35,308 nt of DNA from a bacterium. Its GTDB lineage: Bacteria; CBDUZB01; JAGLHV01. The notes below the pieces were generated by a model that made no database searches, had not been told where the DNA came from, and was given only the letters and a program-made list of their open reading frames with translations. Numbering within the stretch: position 1 is the stretch's first letter; each line of letters starts with the position of its first letter. The translations under genes and the position numbers were made by a program. This document shows, in pieces, positions 1 to 11,400 of this stretch. The stretch is taken from the NCBI GenBank assembly GCA_023132075.1, contig JAGLYT010000001.1, positions 1-35,308 on the forward strand, written 5' to 3'.

Positions 1-1
1 A

Positions 2-2407
2 TTGATTAAAAAACTCAGCGATAAAAATATTGTAGGAGACTTTCCTTCAGAGATGGCTGTTATCGAGGGGAAATTAGCAGTTATTGATGATGGAGTGAAG
101 ATTTCTAGTGATGCTTTTATCAGGATTATAGATCCTGAGATAGAAAAACCAATGAGTAAGGGTAAGTTAGTTAAGGAACTCAAAGAGTCGAATATTTTCG
201 GAATACGTTTCGCTCGTGACATTGGAGTTATCAATGGTTATCTTGCTCTTTCTAATTTTGCATCTCCTCTTGGTGCTGCTTCCATCAGTATTATTGACCC
301 TGAGATAGATAAACCAACGAGTCCGGGTAGGTTTATTAAGAATCTTGATAATATAGATTTGCAGTTATCAAAAGGGACTTTAGATATTACCGTAGTTGAT
401 GGGAACATTGCTGCTGTGAATTATTATGGCGATTTTATCAGTATTATTGATCCTGAGATAGACAGACCAAATAGTCCGGGTAGATTAGTTAATAAAATGG
501 ATGATGTGAGTTTGGGGTTGTCAAGAACTCGCAGTATTATTGTTACTCGCGGCGGCAAGCTTGTTGTTTATAATTCTGATAATAGTTCTCTTAGTGTTAT
601 TGAATTTGAGGATACGGTTAAGAAAGTTTCCAAAGATTATACGAAGGTAAAAGAAGCAAGAATTCTTCAGTTGCGTGGGGGGGATGAACCAGCGGTTTTT
701 TCAACAGTTCTTCCAAATGGTAATCTTGCTCTAATTAATAGCGAAGAAAATTGGATTAAAATAATTAGTGGCAGTTCTTCCTCAAAGTTTGATGATAACA
801 GTTTAGGATTAAATAAGCCTTTAGGTGCCACCGTGATTAATGGCAATCTTGCTATTTGTAACTCCGGAGATAACTCCATCAGTATTATTGATTCAGATAC
901 AGGTCAATTAGTTAAAAAAATCAAGGATAAGAGTTTAAGGTTAAAGGTTCCTTTTGGCACAACTGTCTTTGATGGAAAATTAGTTGTTTCGAATGCAGGA
1001 AATGGTTCTATCTGTATTATTGACCCTGATACAGAAAAATTAGTTAAAGAAATTAAATTGGGAAGGGGAGAGGTTTTTGGTATTGATGTCATTGATGGAA
1101 ATTTTGCGGTTTGTATTCCAAACGATAACGCTGTAATCATTGTTAATCCTGACACCGGCAAAATAATTGATGAATTTAATAATACTAGTCTGGGATTTTT
1201 GGATAGTAATAACTTAGCATTAAAATGGCCGTTTGACCTAACTGTGGTAGATGGAATAATCGCTGTTTCTAATCAAACCGATGATTCTATCAGTTTTATT
1301 GATCCGACAGTTAGGGGAGGCAGATTGATTGCAAAACATAAAGTTAAGGTACGTAAAGTTGATGTAGATGGTGATTCCTACGAAGTAAGAATGGAAGGGC
1401 CCATGGGCATTACTGGTGCCAATAATAATATCGTTGTTTGTGGTCGATATTTAGTTAGTATGATCGAATTTGAGGATAAGGTTAAGAAAGTTCCGGAAGA
1501 TTATACGAAGGTAAAAAAAGTAAGAATTTTTAAGGACGGTTTAAGGCTAAGTAATCCAGGTTCTTCAACAATTTTACCGGATGGCAATATCGCTATTTCT
1601 AACTATTGGAATCATTCCATCAGCATCATTAATCCTGATAGCGGAAAATTAATTAAGAATTTTAAGGTTGGAACATGGGGATTAAAACAAAACATTCGTA
1701 TTACTGCTATCAAAGGCTTCCTTGCTCTTTCCAGCCATATTGATCAGTCCATCACAATTATTGACCCTGAGATAGATAAACCAACGAGTCCGGGAAAATT
1801 GATTAAAAAACTCAGCGATAAAAGTATTGTAGGGGACTTTCCTTTAGAGATGGCCGTTATCGAAGGGAAATTAGCAGTTATTGATCTTGGTGGAGCGAAT
1901 AGACATACCTCTATTAAAATCATCGATCCTGAGATAGATAAACCAGCGAGTCAGGGAAAGTTAATTAAGGACCTCAAAGAAGAGAATATTTCTGGAATAT
2001 CTTTAGTTAGTTGTATGGATGTCATCGATGGTTATCTTGCTATTGCTGATTATGGAGTTTCTATTAGTGATGATGGTTTCATCGGTATTATTGATCCTGA
2101 GATAGACAAACCCGCGAGTCCGGGTAGGTTAATTAAGAATATTAATAAGAGACATGTAGGCTTAATAGATGGGACTAGAGATATTACCGTTATTAATGGC
2201 AACATTGCTAATACAAATTATCGTAATAACTCTATTAGCTTTATTGATCCTGAGCTAGACAGACCAGATAGTCCAGGTAGATTAGTTAATGAGTTTAATG
2301 ATGATAGATTTGGGTCTAACGACATTGTTGCTGCTACTCATAGCGGTAAGCTTGTTGTTTGTGATTTTGATAATAATTCCCCCCTTACTGTTATTGAATT
2401 TGAGGAT
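2..2407 (+). repeat. YVTN/YncE-type beta-propeller blade array (a dozen or more blades)
   Basis: A blade signature recurs: DG-x-(L/F)-A-(V/I)-x-N-x3-(N/D)-S-I-S-I-I-D-P-D-T-x-K-L-(I/V)-K. Examples are NGNLAICNSGDNSISIIDSDTGQLVKKI (839-922), DGKLVVSNAGNGSICIIDPDTEKLVKEI and DGNFAVCIPNDNAVIIVNPDTGKIIDEF. A variant connector, IIDPEIDKPxSPG(R/K)LIK, occurs 7 times. Three lobes each end in (V/M)IEFED (596-613, 1460-1477, 2390-2407). Confidence 0.7.
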
Positions 2408-5400
2408 GTGGAGGGTAAACGAGGAAGGGTTTTCAAAGAAAAATCAAAAATCATTAAGCACCGAATTAAAAAAGCTCAGGATTTTATAAAAGAAAACAGT
2501 CTGTTTTTTAATGACCATCCGGAACTTCGTAAAAATTATTTATCTAATTTGTTTTATTTGCCCGAAGATTTAAAAAATATTGAGCAAGAAGAAATAAATG
2601 TTTTTATGGCTTTTCTGGATTATAATTTACTAAATCTTCTTGATGAGGCTGCGGTTGAAAAACTTCACAGTCAAATAGCAGAAAGAAATGTGAGGGATTT
2701 AAAGAGGTTCTTTTCCTTATTTGCTAAAATAAATACAAGTTTTTTAAATCAAGCATCTTTTATTGAGTTATTCGAAAGATGGAATAAGTTATTTATCCGT
2801 ATGAATAATTCTAAAATGGAAGAAGCATCGGATATTTTTTATAAGTCACTTGATTCGTATAGTAATTTTTTAACCCCAGAGTTTAAACCGGATGAAATTG
2901 AGGAAGATTTCCTGAAGTTGAGTTTATTATATTTAAGGGGAGATATTAAGGACATTCTTGATATTGAAAAGCAGGTGGTTATCAAGGGTGAGGTTGTTTG
3001 TGAATTAAAAAATGTGCCTTTAGCTCAGATTAATATTGTTTTCAATAAATTTCCTGATAAAACTAAGGAGTTAAGTCAGCTTAAAGATTACCAGGAGCTT
3101 TTAGATAAGGGTAAAGATGAGGATTTAGAAGATGCGGATGGAGATATTCAGAAGTCTATTTATGGACAGGATAAATCAGAAAATCTTTGCATACGGGAAA
3201 ATGTACAGAATGCCCGTAATGCCATTATAATAGAGCGACAGGCGTGGGCATTGCTTAAAAAGTATTATGAACAAAACAAAAAGGATTTTTCGGTAGATGA
3301 AAACAAATTAGATCGTTTTCTTTTTCAGGAAGAAGTTGAAGTTAAAGATAATGCCCGGGAGCATTTAAAACGAAGGATTTTTATTTTAGATAATATAGTA
3401 AAGGGATTATTAAAAAAATCAACTCAATCGCGAGGGAAGATTATAGGAAATCTCTTAAAAGAACTTGAAAAGGCACAAATTGAGATACGTAACTATATTC
3501 CTGAAGGGACAAACGAGTGGGTATTTAGTGTAGAAGATCCGGTGGGGATGGAACTTCCTACGATGACGGGTCCTTTATTGGTAATAGACGAAACAACCAA
3601 TTTGGGTAGTGCTATATCAGAAGGTATTTTTGGGCTTGGATTTTATACGAATTTTGCTGATTTTGATGAAGTAAAGGTTACTACAGGAGTAGGTGACGGC
3701 AAATTTTTTAAACTTACTATTAAAAAAGATAATGACGGCCGGTTAGTAATAACAAGTTTTAAACAATGTAATGGTGATTACAAAGGGACGAGGGTTGAAC
3801 GGGTCAAACATTTTCTTGAAGGTCAGATGCCGGACATTGATGCCATATTTGTTGATTATAGTATTTACCGTTATGTTGCTGCTATCCGGGATGTAAATAT
3901 TATTTATAAGGGTAAAATAATTAATGAAAATTTAAATCTTTTAGGAGAAGTTACTACTCTCTATGGAACAATTAAACTTTATGAAAACGATTCTAAGTAC
4001 CAGCGATTGACCCGAAGTTTTCTTTATGTGGAATATCCCAAATCAGAAGAATATTTCGCTCTTGTACCTGCGCACTTTTTAGAGATTATTTGTCAAAGAG
4101 GATTTACCATAGATTTGCCTCGCGGAATATCTTTAATTATATCCCGTCTTACCATTGATTATAAAGAGAAATATCTACCTATAGTTCAGCAGGCGGTAGC
4201 TGGAGCCTGTTTACAGGCAATAGTAAAATTGTATTATGAAGGAGGAGTTTTTCCACCGGGTTTATCCGAGGATTACTTTAGAGATGAGTATAATTTGGAT
4301 GGAAGAGGTGTTTTTGAAGGGGTTGGAGAAGATGCTGAAAATATCAATGAAAGCCGTATTGACGAGGTTGAATTTAGCCATTATATAATTGATGATAAAG
4401 AGGATAGCGATAAGGATAAAGAAATTAAAAATCGTTCTCTTAAATATCTAATTACCTTAATTGAAATAAAAGATAAAGATGGTGAAAAATTTTCGTTAAG
4501 AGGGAAGAAAGAAGAAATGTTTAAGGTTTTGAGAGAAGGGATGGAAGATCCCCAAAAGATTATAAAAGAACTTAATTTGGAAGATAGTTCCATTGGGTTT
4601 AGAACATACATTGAAAAAAATATTGAAGCAATAAGTGACAATATTGTTACAGAAAAGAATCTCAGAAAAGATTACACTCAAGAAGAAGTTGAAAACTCAA
4701 AGCCGATGAGAGATTTTAAGATGTTTACCGAGATTTTACTAAAATATATGGGTAAGGGACACATTAAAGTCAATTTTTATGAAAAGAGGGAAAAAAGATT
4801 AGCTGATTTTGAACCAAATTTAATTATTTGGAATCTTTATCATGTGAGAACATACATAGAAGAATTACAGAAAATAATTAACAAAGAAAAGGATGATGAC
4901 CCTGAAGCTCTATATCGTTTCTTCCGGAAAATATTGGATGATGTTACCCATGAGAGTGTACATTTTTATGATAAAGGTAAAGCATCTCATGAAAGTGCTG
5001 AAGAATTGGTTGGTTTGTTTGCCTGGATGCAAAAAAAACTAATTCGCGATTATGTAAGGGGTGAAAAAAACTGGGATGCTGTAATTAAGGAGTTGAAAGA
5101 GAAGACCGGGCAAGAATTTCAGGATGAAATGGATAGAGAAGCAAGAGGGATAGATGCGGAAGGAGAAACAAGTTTAGTAGAACACAAGGGAGCTGTAAGT
5201 ACCCCTGTTATGGTTTTAGGTGTATTAGGGTTATTTGTTAGTATATATGCCGTTGTCTTAGGTTCATTGTGGGGAATATGGATATTAGGTTTAGAAGTAG
5301 GGATATTATTATTAAGATGGATAATAAAATCAGGAGGAACAAGGGCTGGTCCTGATATAAGTTTTGAAGGTGAAGAAGGAGAAATTAGTAAAGACAATGT

Positions 5401-8400
5401 AAGTTTCTTAAAGCATTTAGGTGTCATTAATCCAAATTCACGAAGAAATAACCCGTTTAAAAAATTTCTAAGAATCGATCCAAAAGAAATAAAGAGTCGT
5501 TTAATAATAGAAGAAATACTCGCCATAAAAGTAGAACAAACCACTAAAAAAGCAAAAATTCCGCATAATATTGAAACATATAAGCAAAATTTACTATTCG
5601 TAACCAAATGGCTAAAAGCGATAGGTTTAGAAGAATTGGATGCTGATTATTTTACTAATTATTTATTTATGAAACAGGATAAGCTGAATAAAGCAGGACC
5701 CATTTATAATTTGTGTAATGAAGCAGCAAATATTTACGAGGTTATTAGCGGTGAGAGGGTTAGGATACCGGCAAAAACAGAAATAAGTAATATTTTATCA
5801 CAAGAGAAAAAAGCAGAATACCGCAGGCAAAATATCGCAGTTATAAAAACATTGTTAAGCAGATACAGAAAATTAAGATTGATTGAACAAGAAATAAAAA
5901 TTAAGTTTAGTCACTTTATTATTAATATGCATCCTAAAGGATTGATAAGCAATGCAAAGATTAGACTTCAACTATATCAGCTAGAGCAATTATATAAAAC
6001 AATTGAATCAAGGAAAAAGAAGAGTTTTATAGAGAAGATATTATCTATATTTTCTTTTAAATCCAAAAAAGAAGAGGCGACGGAAGTTAAATCTAACTTT
6101 TCCAGAGATAAATTATTAAAAATAATATCAAAACAGATCAGGTTAGAAAAGAAGATGAGGCTCATACCGGTTATTCCTTCCGTTACTGTAAAACGCAAAT
6201 CTGTTATAGGCTATTTATTCAGCCTAAGTATAGTTGGATTATTGTTTGGCAGTATATTTTCTGCTTTACCGATTGCATTGGGAGAAAAAATGCAGGATGT
6301 AATACCGGCAAAGACGATAGATAAAGATGGCAAAGTGATAATAAAAACAAAAGAAGATATGGAAAAGATAGTTGGGGAAGATATCGAGATGCTTTCTTTA
6401 GAAAACATTTCTGTGTTTAGCCCACAGGAAGATGCAAATGTTAGCTGGTATTTAGAGCAGACAGAAGAAATAGATAATGATTTGCAATTATTGATAGTAG
6501 GAAACAATTTTGATTTAATAGAAAACCTGCAAAATGAGAAATTCAGGAATAATTTAGATAAGTACATAATACCTTGTTTGTCGGGATTGGATAAAGAAGT
6601 ACAGATTTATGTAATTGATAATCTAAAATTGTCTAATTGGGTTAAGAGCAAGAATATAGAAGTATTAAGCAATGAAACAATCCCTTCTATAAAAGAAGAT
6701 AAAGGAAAGATTATTTTACCGGAAGAGTGGGTAGCAACATTGGGAGAAGGTGTAGATGAAAGCAATTTCTTAGAGAAAGCAGCTAAAGAAAAAGAAATTA
6801 CCAAAAAACAAGGACTTTTTAAAGGAGATTTTGCAACTCTGACTAATAAGTTAAAAGGATTAATTGATGAAATAGTAAATAAAAATGCTTTTGTTGCCTC
6901 AGCTGCTTCGGCAGAAGGGGTTTATATTGAAGTAATTGTGAATGCAACGATTGAAGATAGTATTAATGCTTCATTAGCTCAATACAAAACTGATTTGGAA
7001 AATGAAGGATATATAGTTACTATTGTTAATGATAATAATCTTAAGACTCCACAGCAAGTAAGGGAATATCTAATAGAAAGATATAATGCCGGGAAATTAA
7101 ACGGAGCTGTATTTGTAGGAGATTTACCAATTGCAGAAGCTATCCTGGTAAATGTTGCGGATACTTATGATTTAACTGAGCTTTTGGATTTCAGAGATGA
7201 GATAAATGAGTTAATTGAACAATATGAAGGAAATTATATCCAGGATGTTGAAGAATATATAGAATTATTTAGAAAATTCTATTTTTATCAACAAACTTTA
7301 ACTGAGGAAGAATGGACATCAATGGATTCATTAAATATGAAAATAGATGTTATTTTGGATAAAGAAAATGATTTTGAAGAAACTTTAATCAGGGAAGTTA
7401 GAAGTGGTGAGATTAAGGCATTTTTAGACGAAGGCAATGAGTTTGAAGATTTATTTCCCAAATCTTATTCTGAAGAAAAGAAAAAAGAGCTAATTGTGTC
7501 GATACAAACTAATTATTATGAATCATTTCCTTTTGATTTTTATTTTATGGATCTGAATAGAAAATGGGAAGATGTGGATAATGATGGTGTAATTAATATT
7601 TTACCCGGGGAAAGTAAAATTAATGATTTGGAAATATATATAGGCAGAATAGATGGTAAACCTTTTGCGTATGATGAAGTGAATGGTGAGTTTGTTTTTA
7701 ATCTTACTAAGGAAGCAGAAATATTAAAATATTATTTTAAGAAAAATAATGACTGGCGAACCGGTAATTTTTCTGCTTGGATGACTGATGCTCCTTATGA
7801 CAACAGCTCTTTGGTTTTTATAGATAATGAATTTGTGGAACAGCTTGGAAGAGGGTATAGATATAGAACTGGTTTAACTTTTGATAATAAGACCTTTATT
7901 AGTAATCCTGATCAAATGACTGCTCAGAGTTATTTAGAGTATCTTAAAAAATATTATTTATGGGTATTTTTAACTAGTCATTCAACTCCAACAACACATA
8001 GTTTTTTTAATATAAGCAGTTTAAATAACGAAAATTTTAGTAGCTGGGAAATAACTAATGCTAAACCACCTTTTTATTGGTTGGCTGCTTGTTCAGCTGC
8101 TGATTATAGAAAAATAAATTATATTGCCGGTTATTACCTTTTTGCAGAAAATAACATGGGATTAGTAGCTATGGGCAGTACCAGAGTCACAAATATAGAT
8201 GTAGCTACTTCGGATGGTTTTCATGAAAGCTTAGAAAGAGAAGATAATTTTGGAGAAGCACTTCAAAATTGGGTGGAAATTAGGGGAAGTATAGAAAATC
8301 CTGATAGGGCAGGATGGACCATTGTCGGAGATCCTACTTTAAAGCCGTTTCCTTCGGCAAATGAGACAACCTTTTTTAATCTTTTACCTAATTATGTTCC

Positions 8401-11400
8401 TTTTGTTGATTCTTTAAGAGGGAATTTGTCTTTTGACCAAGATTGTAATACTACTTTCCATTCCAAACCTGCTTCAATGAAAATTGAATATAAACCGGAA
8501 ATTCATAAAGATGTGCAGGAAGTAGAACCAAATCCGGAATCTATTGTATGGATCAATTATGATAGCTATAATTTAAACGGAGCGACAAAATTAACCTTTT
8601 GGGCAAAGGGGGAAAAAGGAGGAGAGCGTGCTTATTTTGGGATGGGGGATATAGACTCTGGTGATTCGTCTGAAATAAGTACAAATTTTATTAAACTTAC
8701 TAATGAGTGGCAAAAGCATACAATTGATTTAGAAGGCAAAGATTTAAGTAAAATTGAAATGGGTTTTTATCTTATAGTTTTTAACGATGAAAACCCTGAA
8801 GGTTGTGTGTTTTATTTGGATGATATCAAATACGAAAAAGACCCTGAAGTAGAAAAAGAAAAAAGCATTCCCGGATTGGGTGTTTTAGGTCCCCTTTTTG
8901 CATTGTTTTTTGGGAGATATATGCGTAATATTTTTAAGAGAAGACAAAAGATGCCAAAAATAAAAATTGCTCACTGGCGAGCGGCAGAATTAAATAAAGA
9001 TAATAAGCATTGTGGATATTTGAGTAAAACGATAGATAGTAAGAAATTTTTTTCTGAAAGTATGGAGCGAGAAGGAAAGGTTGTTAGGGGGATAAAGAAG
9101 GAAATTAATAAGTTACCAAAAGATAAGAAGACAGAGATTAATATTGATATGTCAGGTAAAAAAATTACATTAATCTTAACTAATGAGGATATTAAATTTT
9201 TGGAAGGAGAAAAAATAAATATTACTGCTTCTGAGGGGAATCTTCTGAGTCTTCTAAGCAAAGCATTAGCTCTGGAGAAAGAGGTTTATAAAAATACGGA
9301 TTATAATAAATTAAATGAAAAAATTATATTATCCTTGCTTGACCGGTCCCGCCATTTATCAGAAGATTGTTATAAGAACAGCTTTATAGGAATAAATAAA
9401 TCTATTCTTGAAATAAAAAATGAAAAAATAAGAAATATAGTTTTTATAATAGCTTTTATGCATGAGTTAAGGCATGAAGCAACCGGAAAAAATGATGATG
9501 TTTTTAAAGAAGAACAATTAGAAAAAGATGTTGTTCTTACCCTTAATCTGTTAAAAGAAGAAAATATTTTATTAAATGATTTTATTGGAGCGTTGGAACC
9601 GTTGATAAAAAAATCAGAGTATTTAAGCTTTTTAAATGACCTTCTTCCCGAATTTAAAAAATATAAAAGAGAACGAATTATAAAAAACACAGATACTTTT
9701 AATAAGGAAAAAATTATCAAAATAATAAAAGGGATAGAAAATACTATAAATGAAAATCCTTATGTTAGTTTTACCGTTGGTGGTAAAGAATTAACAGTGA
9801 AATTAAAAAAAGATAAGTGGAGAATACTGGAGAGATTTATTGAACGTTTTGTTTTCCCATCAATGGATGATGTAAACGATTTCCCGGAATTATTACAGAT
9901 TAAGAGTGATGAATTGCGGCCGGATGTATATATGCCTGATGATGGATCTTTTGGAACAATATTTTTAAAAGTAATGATAGTATCTAAAGTCCCTGTATTG
10001 ATGTTCGTAGAAATTCAATCAACCCCGAAATTTAGAATAATGAAACCTGTAAGTAAAAGGAAGGAATACAGTGTGTGGAAGATAAAAGTGATTGAAAAAT
10101 TTATCAAAGCTGCAGAGGAGCAAGGTGTCAAGACTTTTTATGCTTCAACGACTAAAGTAGTAAAAGATTATTATAAAGGTAAAGGATGGATTAGTAACGA
10201 TAATCTAAAGAATGATTATAACCGCGTATTTAATAAAGATAAAAATTGGAATAAAAAAGAAGTTTATGTCTTTGATCATTTTGATGATGAGATAATGAAA
10301 AGAATGGAAGTATGGTCTTATCAGGACATGAAAGAAGAAAAAATTGTTCCTGGCCACAAAGAGATTAGTATTTTTTCAGCAATGACTATAGGCAGTATAA
10401 TAGCATCATTTACCGGTTTTATCCCTGTTGTCAGTGCGGCACCGGAGGTGGCTACGGCTGGTTTTGGGATATCGTTGTTAGGAATGAATTTATCGGGGAT
10501 ATTTGCTGTTTTTATGTTAACATTGATGCCTTTTATGTCTTTTATTTCAATAAGAGCGCGGCAGGCAGTAGAATTAGATAAAGATGTTTTTGAAAGAGAT
10601 AAAAGAAAAATAAGGGGAAAAGTATTAGAGGAGATGCCAAATATAAAAACATTATATTCGCGATTCAATACTCTTGCTGAACCGGAAAAAGAACTTTTAA
10701 GAAAAGAATTCTATAAAATTGGTAGTGGACACTTTACTTTGTGGAGATTAACTAAACAAACAAATAAAAATTTAAGTCCTTATTTTCATGGCAGTTATAA
10801 AGATGCTTTAATAGTTAGTTTTCCGAATCTTGATTTAGAAAGATTAGGATTTGGCTATGAATGGGATACTAAAGAAAAAGGAATAGCGAGTGTCCAATAT
10901 GCCATAAGAAAAGAAAGGCCGGATTTATGGGATAAATGCCAGCGATTTGATAATCTTCTTGAAGCAGAAAAAGAAATTTTAAGACAGAAATTCTATAGAA
11001 TTACTACTGCACATTTTATTGTGTGGAAAATAAACAGCGCAAAGAACCAAAGTATTACTCCTTATTTTACTGGGAGATATTTAGATGCTTTGATAATCAG
11101 CTTCCCGAAACTCGGGTTAACGGTGGCTGAAAAAGAAGAATATATGAAAAAATATCCAAAGGAGAAGAAATTTACTTGGAAAGATAAAGGAGAAGGTATA
11201 TTTAATATTCGGCGTACTATTCAAAAACAAAGGCCGGATTTATGGAGAGGATATCAGCAATTTAATATTCTTACTGAACGAGAAAAAGAACTTTTAAGAT
11301 GGATGTTCTATAAAATTAGTAGCGGACATTTTGCCATATGGGGATTAAGAACAGCAATTAATAAGAAAACAAATACTTATTTTCATAGGAGTTATAAAAA

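Noticed and set aside
2289-2489. The only + strand ORF in the track (66 aa, in the frame starting at 0 mod 3).
   Set aside because: It is out of frame with, and fully embedded in, the giant ORF. Its product is a low-complexity L/I-rich peptide with no motif. It is best explained as a chance off-frame ORF.
9950-10200. A possible GNAT acetyltransferase-like stretch (FVEIQSTPKFR...IKVIEKFIKAAEEQGVKTFYASTTKVVKDYYKGKGW).
   Set aside because: Only the overall layout resembles GNAT motifs A and B. The acetyl-CoA-binding Q/R-x-x-G-x-G/A loop is not recognisable, so this is too weak to call without a profile search.
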